From positions 3,450,001-3,482,000 of the forward strand of contig NC_017039.1 in NCBI RefSeq assembly GCF_000284455.1: a DNA stretch of 32,000 bases, read 5' to 3'. Each line of letters opens with the position of its first letter. Position 1 is the first letter of the stretch. Both the position numbers and the translations under genes were made by a program. Origin of the DNA: Synechocystis sp. PCC 6803 substr. PCC-P (lineage in GTDB: Bacteria; Cyanobacteriota; Cyanobacteriia; Cyanobacteriales; Microcystaceae). Shown piece by piece: positions 24,776-32,000 of the stretch. The notes beneath the pieces were generated by a model. The model saw only the letters and a list, made by a program, of their open reading frames with translations. It ran no database searches and was not told the DNA's origin.

Positions 24776-25678
24776 CTAATATAAATTAGCCAAAAACTGT
24801 TCCAAATCCGCCATGGTGGTGAAATCCAGCAATGCCTCCCCAAGCTCCTCCAACTGAGGCACAGCAAGCTCCCTAATTTGGCCAATCTGCTCATTAGATA
24901 ATTCCCCCAGCCGCCTAGTTAACAGCCGCACGATCAAATTAGCCTCCCCCTCCTGACGACCTTCCTCAAGTCCCTCCTGAATACCTTCTTGACGACCTTC
25001 TTCAAGTCCTCTTTGGCGACCTTCCTCAAGTCCCTCCTGAATTATCTCTTGATAGAACAGAGACTTGGTAATGTCCATTTGTTTCAGATCCAGCATTTGC
25101 ATAATGATCTCCTTGGTTAAGTCAGGGAACTTGTTGGCCAGTATAGTCTCAATCAAACTGAGCCGCCGTTGAAACTCATTGTCAGTCGGTGCTGATCTTA
25201 ATAACCCCTTGCTCAGTTCCAGGGTTTTATTTTTGTCCGCAACCAAAAGTTGCAACAAAGCTAAATTAGGGCTTGATGCCTCCCCTGTCCTCAAATCACT
25301 TAGGTAAAGTCTAGTCACCCGCTGGGCCAACAAATCCCGATAGGGCAAATCATTCCCCAATCGTTGCTCCCGGCTCTGCAAAATCATTAGTCCCCGCCAG
25401 TCACGGCTAACCCTGTACTGGTAAAGGTAAACGAATAGCTGCGCAAAATAACGTCCATAAAATTGCTCATCCGCCTGCATTTGGGCTTCAGCAAAAATTA
25501 TGGGCACTAGGGGATCCTCCGACACCGGCATAAACACCCCGTCCAGGCGAAACTCTTTTTCCTTCACCACCGGGGCACTGTAAACAAACTCCCACTCCGG
25601 CTCAATGCCTGGCACCAACTCCGCCATCATCCCCGGCTGGGATAAAAATAACTCGTAAAACCATTTGTCTGTTTTCAT
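24776..25678 (-). CDS. Rpn-family (PD-(D/E)XK) recombination-promoting nuclease / putative transposase-like protein with DUF4351-like C-terminus
   Basis: MKTDKWFYELFLSQPGMMAELVPGI ... EFRLDGVFMP ... IIFAEAQMQADEQFYGRYF matches the cyanobacterial Rpn/YhgA-like pattern. It has a repetitive EEGRQ(E/R)G linker and the tail LIVRLLTRRLGELSNEQIGQIRELAVPQLEELGEALLDF. The track start 25750 is TTG, so I used ATG 25678. Confidence 0.7.
   Translation of the reverse strand: MKTDKWFYELFLSQPGMMAELVPGIEPEWEFVYSAPVVKEKEFRLDGVFMPVSEDPLVPIIFAEAQMQADEQFYGRYFAQLFVYLYQYRVSRDWRGLMILQSREQRLGNDLPYRDLLAQRVTRLYLSDLRTGEASSPNLALLQLLVADKNKTLELSKGLLRSAPTDNEFQRRLSLIETILANKFPDLTKEIIMQMLDLKQMDITKSLFYQEIIQEGLEEGRQRGLEEGRQEGIQEGLEEGRQEGEANLIVRLLTRRLGELSNEQIGQIRELAVPQLEELGEALLDFTTMADLEQFLANLY
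24955..25045. repeat. In-gene tandem repeat encoding the (L/I)(E/Q)EGLEEGRQ(E/R)G linker
   Basis: CGACCTTCCTCAAGTCCCTCCTGAAT occurs exactly at 24957-24982 and at 25017-25042, with a degenerate copy between them. Confidence 0.85.
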
Positions 25679-25862
25679 CCTTTGAATTTTAGCCTGGGAA
25701 TAGGCAATTTCAGGAAAAGCCCTATGCAATACTAATTTACCGCAATACAAATATTTGTGTTAGGACAGTTCGCCTTTGTAGTTCCCATCATAAGCCTCCT
25801 CCTGGAAGGCTTTTTCCAGAACAGTAATAAGCAATTGTAACTAAAAGGCATTGTCCTATTGG

Positions 25863-26327
25863 TCACCCATTGGGCGGAACACGGAAAATCATACTGATGT
25901 GTTCTATACCGTGGTCATCATAGGGATCACCAACCTTTGTAAAACCAAATTCTGCATAAAACTCGGTAAGGTGAGCCTGGGCTGAAATCTGCAGATCTAA
26001 GTTTGGATACTCCCGCAAGCTTTTCTGGATGCAGGCTGCGACAATCTTCCTGCCAGCGCCCATTCCCCTTATTGCTTTACTTGTGAGCACCCGACCGAAA
26101 GATGGTTCCGGGTATCTGGTATTGGGAAAATTCAGTCGTGCGTAGGCCACTAATTGTTGATCATTGGTGCGACCAAACAGGTGCCATGATTGTTTATCCA
26201 ACCCGTCAGCGTCTAGATATAAACATCCCTGCTCTACCACAAACACTTCCTGCCGTAGGGCAAGCATTTCGTGCATTGCTTCCCCAGAAATATCATTAAA
26301 CCGTTGCCAAGACCAATTAATTTCCAC
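25863..26327 (-). CDS. GNAT-family N-acetyltransferase, ElaA-like
   Basis: LALRQEVFVVEQGCLYLDADGLD resembles the E. coli ElaA N-terminus. Acetyl-CoA loop RGMGAGRKIV. GTG start at 26327. Confidence 0.85.
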   Translation of the reverse strand: MEINWSWQRFNDISGEAMHEMLALRQEVFVVEQGCLYLDADGLDKQSWHLFGRTNDQQLVAYARLNFPNTRYPEPSFGRVLTSKAIRGMGAGRKIVAACIQKSLREYPNLDLQISAQAHLTEFYAEFGFTKVGDPYDDHGIEHISMIFRVPPNG

Positions 26328-26328
26328 G

Positions 26329-26336
26329 GCGATCGC
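26329..26336. repeat. HIP1 octamer GCGATCGC (first copy after the 5.9-kb gap)
   Basis: Read directly from the sequence. Confidence 0.95.
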
Positions 26337-26472
26337 CTTTTTTCCATATTGGCAATTATTAACCTAATTTTTTTCCCAAAAGCTGTCGCAATACTGGGAA
26401 ATTTTGAGTTAATTGTCCCCCAACTTGGTGAGCCAGGGGACTTTTTAAACAATTTTTAGGATTGGAGAGCAA

Positions 26473-28785
26473 TTAAGTCGCAGGCGTTTCCACCTGTACT
26501 TCATCCAACGGTTGGGGTTGGGTGGGTTGTTGAAAAATGCCCCAGATGGCCTGGCCAACGCCATAGAGTAACACTATTGCCCCCACAGCAAAGATCAAGT
26601 CGCCGGGAATCCGCAACCAAACAGTGCCCTGCATCCAACTGGAACCAATTACCTCCGCACTGCGGGCGTACCAAGTGCCATGGTTAATGGATTGCATCAG
26701 TTGATAGAAGCCATTGGGAATCAGCCCCGTGACTAGCATGGTTACTAAGCCGCCATTGATCCACCAGAAAGCAAAGTTAAATTTCTTTTCATTCCAGAAT
26801 TGGTCGGGGGTAATTTCCCGCAGGGCAAACAGCATCAAGGCGATCGCCAGGGAACCGTAAACGCCGAAGAGGGCAGAATGGGCATGGATGGGGGTGGTGT
26901 TAATGCCCTGGGAATAGTAGAGGACAATGGGGGGATTGATCAGGAAACCAAAAACCCCTGCCCCCACTAGGTTCCAGACACAGGTGGCAATGAAAAATTT
27001 CAGCGGCATACGGTAAAAACCTTGGGCTTCCTGGGAGAGTTTGAGGGATTTGACCACTTCAAAACCAATTAGGGTCAAAGGAACCACTTCCAGAGCGGAA
27101 GCCACCGCTCCCATGGCGGCGATAAATACCGGAGTCCCAGCAAAATAGAGATGATGGAGAGTACCAATCACCCCGCTACCCAGGTACAAAATGGTGGTCA
27201 AATAGGTTGCGCGCAGGGCCGCAGAGCGTTTCAAGAAACCTAATTCACTACATAGATAGGCGATCGCCACCGTGGCAAACACTTCAAAAAAGCCTTCCAC
27301 CCAGAGATGGACTACCCACCAACGCCAATATTCCGCCACACTGATGGGGGTGTGATTGGTGTACATTAACCCGGATGCATAGAACAGGGGAATGGTGATG
27401 GCACTGTAGAGGAAAAAGTGATTTAGGCCGGTTTTGTTCCCCTCCGCTTTCAGGGCTGGTCGCAGGGCTCGGAACATTAGCCAGAGCCAGAAAACCATGC
27501 CGCCGATGAGCAGTAATTGCCAGAGCCGACCCAATTCCACATATTCATAGCCTTGGTGACCGAACCAAAAACTCTGATCGTTGCCCAGGTAACCTTGGAT
27601 GCCGAACCAGGCCCCGACGAGGGAACCAACGACGACGAGGGTTAAAGCTGCTAAAAGTATGCCATTGCCGATCGCCTGGCCCTTGGGTTCATGTTTGCCA
27701 AAGCGAGGGGCAAAATATAATCCCGCCGCTAACCAACAGGTGGCGATCCAAAATACTGCCAATTGTAAATGCCAGGTGCGGGAAGCCGCATAGGGTAAAT
27801 ATTGCTGGAGGGGAATGCCGTAAAATCCTTCCCCTTCCACAGCGTAATGGGCTGTCACCATCCCCATTAATAGCTGGACTCCAAATAAAGCCATGGCCAC
27901 CCCAAAAAACAGAGTGGTTATCCTTTGGCTCGGAGTGGCTAGACGGAGGGCTGGTCGTTCTGCCACTGCCTGCACTTCTTCCGCATCTTCTTGGGTTAAA
28001 TACACAAATAGGAACAAGGCGATCGCCGCAATCAGGACAATCACCGACACAATGGACCAGACAATAAATTGACCAGGGGCTTGGTTGCCAATCAGATCAT
28101 CGTGGGGCCAGTTGGCTGTATAGGACAGGGGAGAATTGGGGCGATTAGCCGCCGCAGTCCAAGCAGTCCAGGCAAAAAAGGCCGTCACGTCATGGCGATC
28201 GCCAGCTTCTGGGAACCAATCCCTCGGAATGGAGTGAATAGCTGAGCCGTTCAGCAAAAGAGCTTGATAATCATCAAAAACCTGAGCTAAACCCTGGGTT
28301 TGGGCATTGGTTAGGCTTAAAATCCCCGTTTCTGGATCGTAACGGTTAGGTTTAAACTCCTGTTTCACTTCTGCCTGGAGTTGGGCCTGTGCCACTGGTG
28401 GCAATGCTTCCAAATCCGTTTGGCTAAAATTTGCATCGCCATCGTAGAGCACACCGGCCGTAGCCAGCCCCCAACGGTGCAACACATCCGCCGTCCAATC
28501 GGGAGCAAGGTAACTGCCATGGCCCCACACACTACCAATATGTTGTCCCCCCCGGGCCAGGTAAGTTGCTTGGCCCCGTTGCACTTCTGCTTGGGTCATA
28601 ACGATCTCCTGTTGGGGAGAAACCATCGTGACGGGAATGGGGGGAGCATTTTTATAGATAGCAGCCCCTGCCCCCAGGAGCACAGAAAAAGTAACTACGC
28701 AAACCAGTACCAACCAGGCAGGCAGTCCGAAGGATTTAGTCCGGGGTGGTGTGGCGATCGGGAGATCAAAGGTTGAATTTGCCAT
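26473..28785 (-). CDS. norB: Quinol-dependent nitric oxide reductase (single-subunit qNOR, NorB with fused NorC-like N-terminal domain)
   Basis: About 770 aa. One N-terminal transmembrane helix plus a periplasmic domain without CxxCH, then a 12-TM heme-copper-oxidase-like core with HLWVEGFFEVF, GTLHHLYFAG and HAHSALFGVYG ligand motifs. The track start 28791 is TTG, so I used ATG 28785. Confidence 0.9.
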   Translation of the reverse strand: MANSTFDLPIATPPRTKSFGLPAWLVLVCVVTFSVLLGAGAAIYKNAPPIPVTMVSPQQEIVMTQAEVQRGQATYLARGGQHIGSVWGHGSYLAPDWTADVLHRWGLATAGVLYDGDANFSQTDLEALPPVAQAQLQAEVKQEFKPNRYDPETGILSLTNAQTQGLAQVFDDYQALLLNGSAIHSIPRDWFPEAGDRHDVTAFFAWTAWTAAANRPNSPLSYTANWPHDDLIGNQAPGQFIVWSIVSVIVLIAAIALFLFVYLTQEDAEEVQAVAERPALRLATPSQRITTLFFGVAMALFGVQLLMGMVTAHYAVEGEGFYGIPLQQYLPYAASRTWHLQLAVFWIATCWLAAGLYFAPRFGKHEPKGQAIGNGILLAALTLVVVGSLVGAWFGIQGYLGNDQSFWFGHQGYEYVELGRLWQLLLIGGMVFWLWLMFRALRPALKAEGNKTGLNHFFLYSAITIPLFYASGLMYTNHTPISVAEYWRWWVVHLWVEGFFEVFATVAIAYLCSELGFLKRSAALRATYLTTILYLGSGVIGTLHHLYFAGTPVFIAAMGAVASALEVVPLTLIGFEVVKSLKLSQEAQGFYRMPLKFFIATCVWNLVGAGVFGFLINPPIVLYYSQGINTTPIHAHSALFGVYGSLAIALMLFALREITPDQFWNEKKFNFAFWWINGGLVTMLVTGLIPNGFYQLMQSINHGTWYARSAEVIGSSWMQGTVWLRIPGDLIFAVGAIVLLYGVGQAIWGIFQQPTQPQPLDEVQVETPAT

Positions 28786-28907
28786 ACACAAAGAATGAAA
28801 AAATGGCGATTAATTAACAATTCTTTAGAAATAAATTTCCACTGATTCGGTAGATTCATTCCTGTTTTAATTGCTTTTACTTTAGATGAGTTATCCTTAT
28901 TTTTTCC

Positions 28908-28921
28908 TTGACTTAAGTCAA
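28908..28921. promoter_or_regulatory. FNR/Dnr/NnrR-type box TTGACTTAAGTCAA
   Basis: Perfect 14-bp palindrome TTGAC-N4-GTCAA in the norB / Crp-family divergent spacer, centred about 130 nt upstream of the norB ATG. On the norB strand a TAAAGT -10-like hexamer (28879-28884) lies about 30 nt from the box centre, which fits class II geometry. Confidence 0.55.
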
Positions 28922-29211
28922 AAATAACCTTGAGAAAATCTAAAGTTTTTAGGAGTCAGAAGCTGATATTTATGGATTCTAACCCTAGACCTAGGGGCAT
29001 AGGCACAAACCGGAAGAGCCATCAATGCTGGCAACGGCAACGGTTTCCCAAAACTCATTTGACTAAAATTAGCCATGGCCAAGAAAATTTACGCCATCTG
29101 TTACCCTAGTCAATAGTACTGACAAATTTAGTGAATATTATGGTCACGACAAAAACCCGAGAAGTTATTAAAAATCATTAAAAATTATTAAGCTCTTAAT
29201 TCCTAAATCCC

Positions 29212-29928
29212 ATGACTGTTGCTCCGGATCTGGCCCTTTGGCTTAGTAAAACCCTGATGTTTCAGAATATTGATTCCCATCACCTGGAAATGATCACGGC
29301 GATCGCCCAGGTCAAAAGCTATGGCAAGGGGGATGTGGTTTTCAAAGAGGGGGATAAACCGAAGGGATTTTTCATTGTCCGATCCGGGCGGGTCAAGATT
29401 TATAAAATTGCGCCAGGGGGAAAGGAGCAAATTTTGCGAATTTTTCATCGAGGAGAACATTTTGCTGAAATAGCAGTGTTTGATAATCTTCCTTTTCCAG
29501 CTTCAGCGGCCACTTTGGACCAGGCAGAAATGATTTTTTTCCCACGTTCTCCTTTTTTAGAAATGTTAGCCCAGCATCCCACCCTGGCTTTGAATATGTT
29601 GTCCAGCCTATCTCGCCATCTGCGCCATTTAACCGCTGTAATCGAAGAATTATCCTTCAAAGATGTGCCCCAACGGTTAGCTAGCTATCTGCTCCGGCTA
29701 GGGGGAGTGGACACTGGAACGGTGGAGGTATTATCTCTATGGGTGACTTTGGATTTACCCAAAAGCCAACTGGCCGCCCAATTAGGAACTATTCCCGCCA
29801 CCCTTTCTAGAGCTTTCTACCAATTAAAAAATGAAGATTTAATTGCCGTCAAGGGAGCCGAGATCCAATTATTAGACTGCGATCGTCTGCGGGCTTTGGC
29901 CAAACGAGGAGATGGAATGAAAAATTGA
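29212..29928 (+). CDS. Crp/Fnr-family transcription regulator (cNMP-binding-like sensor + HTH), no FNR Cys cluster
   Basis: Beta-roll FKEGDKPKGFFIVRSGRVKIYKIAPGGKEQILRIFHRGEHFAEIAVF. C-terminal HTH SQLAAQLGTIPATLSRAFYQLKNEDLI. The N-terminus has no Cys residues. Confidence 0.9.
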   Translation: MTVAPDLALWLSKTLMFQNIDSHHLEMITAIAQVKSYGKGDVVFKEGDKPKGFFIVRSGRVKIYKIAPGGKEQILRIFHRGEHFAEIAVFDNLPFPASAATLDQAEMIFFPRSPFLEMLAQHPTLALNMLSSLSRHLRHLTAVIEELSFKDVPQRLASYLLRLGGVDTGTVEVLSLWVTLDLPKSQLAAQLGTIPATLSRAFYQLKNEDLIAVKGAEIQLLDCDRLRALAKRGDGMKN

Positions 29929-30115
29929 AGCGTTTACTCCTCCGTTATCAGTGTCTTAATTTATTGGGAGCAATGGTAGGGATGGCGATTCTCAATAAGT
30001 GGTCTGCTATGTCTATCGTCAATGATTATTTGTAATTGCAAACAAATTTGATTATCTTCAATGATGCTAATTTTAAACTTAAAGCTTTGTAGTTATTCGG
30101 AAGTTAAATAGGGTT

Positions 30116-31234
30116 TTAATCTAAAGAAATCCAATGACCATTTAGCCTTTGCACAATTGCTGTTGCCTCTTCATAACTTTTAGCGATCGCCCAAGTATGG
30201 TGGGTTTTGCCATTACTTTCCCGCAGATAAATTTGATTGGGTAACAGGGGATGGTCAGCGGTGGTACGGAGATAATCTTTGTTCAATTTGCTATGGAATT
30301 GGGAATAGATGGACGTATCCCAGGGTATTCCCCGGTCCCAACCCGGCACCACCAAAGGATTAGCTCCCAATAAAATTTGGCACGGCACTAACATGGGGCC
30401 TTTATAAATAGCATAGGCGATCGGCATACAGGTATTAATTGCTAAGGTGACTAATTCACCATATTTATGCATTAATGATTGTTGCCAATATTGGGTAATT
30501 AAGGTGAAATCTAACCCCGCACTTCCCCTAGTATCTAAGAGTTTATTGAACTTTTCATATTCCGTTCGCACAGTGGTGATTTCCCGTTGCCAAGCATATT
30601 CCAATGGACTTTGACCAAAAACTATCTTGCCTGCTTTGAGTAATTTCCATTTTTCACCAATTTTTAAAACGTCCAATTTTGCCGGTGCTTGTAGAGTAAA
30701 TTGATAATTCTTCCCTGGGTTTTCATTAGTTGCTTTAAATAGTTTGGCGAAGCTAGCCAGGGAACTAAAATGGCTAAAGGATTCGGGACGAGGAAATAGA
30801 TAAAATCCTTGGTTTTTGAGTTGCATTACCCAAAAGTTACCAACATTATTTTTTTCTAGAACATCTTCTTGGTCAATTAACAGAGAAACCCGCTGACAAT
30901 AAACTTCTAATATTTGGGGAGTTTCGTGATAAATGTCAATAATTTTACTGATGGGTAAATCTAATAGAGGAGGGGGTTGTTCAACTATTAAATGGGGATA
31001 GGCATCGGCGGGAAAGGCAGTGGGTCGGCTAACTACAGTCTCAATTTGACTGATTTTTTGTTTAAGGACTTCTATTTCTTTGATTAAGTCAGCATTACTC
31101 TGGGTCTGAACTTCATTATTTTTTTGTGCTTGAAAAAATCGTAGGGCCGCAAACTCCTGTTGTAACTTAAGTTGATTTTTTTCCAACTGAATCAGCTTAG
31201 CTTGATTTAATTTATCCGGTTGATTGCCAGCCAT
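30116..31234 (-). CDS. Hypothetical protein: N-terminal coiled coil, central domain shared with the upstream gene, unknown C-terminal domain
   Basis: 372-aa ORF with an ATG start, 32 nt after the upstream gene stop. Coiled coil KLIQLEKNQLKLQQEFAAL...IKEIEVLKQKISQIE. I recognise no family. Confidence 0.6.
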   Translation of the reverse strand: MAGNQPDKLNQAKLIQLEKNQLKLQQEFAALRFFQAQKNNEVQTQSNADLIKEIEVLKQKISQIETVVSRPTAFPADAYPHLIVEQPPPLLDLPISKIIDIYHETPQILEVYCQRVSLLIDQEDVLEKNNVGNFWVMQLKNQGFYLFPRPESFSHFSSLASFAKLFKATNENPGKNYQFTLQAPAKLDVLKIGEKWKLLKAGKIVFGQSPLEYAWQREITTVRTEYEKFNKLLDTRGSAGLDFTLITQYWQQSLMHKYGELVTLAINTCMPIAYAIYKGPMLVPCQILLGANPLVVPGWDRGIPWDTSIYSQFHSKLNKDYLRTTADHPLLPNQIYLRESNGKTHHTWAIAKSYEEATAIVQRLNGHWISLD

Positions 31235-31266
31235 GTTGTTTAATTTATCTCTTACTGTTAATGATT

Positions 31267-32000
31267 TTAATTAAACACGCCTTTTTCGACTATTTGCCAA
31301 CGGCGATCGCCGACTAGGAGAAGTTTAGCGGGCTTGACTAGGTTAGGGTTTTGTAAATTGCCATAGCTGTCAAAAAAGGAACTGTTAGTCAGTAGTCTTT
31401 GCCAGCGGCTGAGCATTAGATTCGGAATTAACCAAATTTCTTCCCCAATGGTAAAGGCCAAATAGGAAGCTTGGCTCCTTTCTCCTTCTTCAAATTCCTG
31501 GCGATCGCCAAGACTAAGATTGCCTGCCTTGCCATGGATAACACTTTCTGTGGGCTTAAGGTATTGGAACTGGGATTGATCATCAAAAAAATTCTTATTG
31601 CCCTGGTTAAAATTAGTGATGCAATATTCTAAGCTGAGGCCAAAAGATTGGGTTGATTTTTCGGTATTTTCTACTTCTACTAAGGCATCTATAGCTTGTT
31701 CTTCATTGCTTATTGCATGGCCTTTGGCATCGATACAATTATTTTCTAAAAAATAATTATAAACATCTGCCTCGATAATCGAATCTGGTGTATTCGGTTG
31801 ATTTTCACCTGGTAAAACAATATCAGTTTGGGTAACATTAATAACTTTGCGTTTTGCACCCCTAGTAAGCCTAGAAGCGGTAATTTTTTTTAAAGTTTTG
31901 CTTCCCATTTGTTGGAGAGATTTATTTTTACTAGGCTTAGTTGAAAAAGCATTCAACAAGTCAACTGCCAACTTGCCGACGACGATACTCAAACCTATGG
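31267..32000 (-). CDS. Hypothetical protein, 5' end probably beyond window edge
   Basis: The frame is open to nt 32000, and the track M at 31992 is a TTG. The C-terminal ~75 aa resemble the central domain of the downstream gene. Confidence 0.55.
   Translation of the reverse strand, partial: IGLSIVVGKLAVDLLNAFSTKPSKNKSLQQMGSKTLKKITASRLTRGAKRKVINVTQTDIVLPGENQPNTPDSIIEADVYNYFLENNCIDAKGHAISNEEQAIDALVEVENTEKSTQSFGLSLEYCITNFNQGNKNFFDDQSQFQYLKPTESVIHGKAGNLSLGDRQEFEEGERSQASYLAFTIGEEIWLIPNLMLSRWQRLLTNSSFFDSYGNLQNPNLVKPAKLLLVGDRRWQIVEKGVFN

Noticed and set aside
28918-29076. 52-codon minus-strand ORF (MANFSQMSFGKPLPLPALMALPVCAYAP...) in the norB/regulator spacer. Also a 45-codon plus-strand ORF at about 28974-29111.
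   Set aside because: Neither has an SD or a canonical lipobox, and both have basic, junk-like tails. The minus-strand ORF ends inside the FNR-type palindrome. Both are probably non-coding leader or promoter DNA.
1-32000. Search for CRISPR arrays, rRNA/tRNA genes, IS elements with terminal inverted repeats, and integrase genes.
   Set aside because: I found no regularly spaced direct repeats, no rRNA- or tRNA-like sequence and no DDE transposase or integrase ORF. The only mobility-associated gene is the Rpn-like nuclease, which has no obvious terminal repeats.

Overview
Cyanobacterial chromosomal DNA. The HIP1 octamer GCGATCGC occurs about once per kb. Gene content and order match my recollection of Synechocystis sp. 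PCC 6803 (roughly slr1653..slr1668 / sll1550..sll1544, then norB sll0450). That assignment is from memory and was not searched. I support about 32 protein genes and found no rRNA, tRNA or CRISPR array. The housekeeping backbone is: an M20 amidohydrolase (5' partial), an SLH/OprB porin, a histidine phosphatase, psaL-psaI (psaI is below the ORF-track cut-off), murG, ruvX/yqgF, ppx, a GST, dapF, a DegT-type aminotransferase, an ElaA-type GNAT, quinol-type norB and a divergent Crp/Fnr regulator. Observations worth follow-up: (1) An apparent three-gene operon of a GGDEF cyclase, a degenerate GHKL ATPase-like protein and a STAS-like protein, resembling a partner-switching module with no sigma factor. 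(2) An accessory stretch at about 20.9-25.8 kb with no perfect HIP1 sites. It holds a pile-up of toxin-antitoxin remnants (RHH antitoxin, 25-codon mazF stump, frameshifted DUF433, intact PIN pair). It also holds a CRP-controlled fimbrial subunit/chaperone pair with no usher, a frameshifted XhlA-like gene and an Rpn-like nuclease gene. (3) An AT-rich, HIP1-free double-RCK channel gene with a non-canonical pore (LGGYSD) and a C-terminal tail resembling the ribosomal L7/L12 C-terminal domain. (4) Near-consensus operators: a Fur box before the porin, TGTGA-N6-TCACA before the fimbrial operon, and TTGAC-N4-GTCAA between norB and its regulator. (5) Two adjacent uncharacterised genes at the 3' edge that share a domain. 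(6) A LuxR-type regulator whose receiver domain has lost all phospho-transfer residues. My best candidates for an undescribed system are (1) and (5). Both need profile searches that I cannot run.
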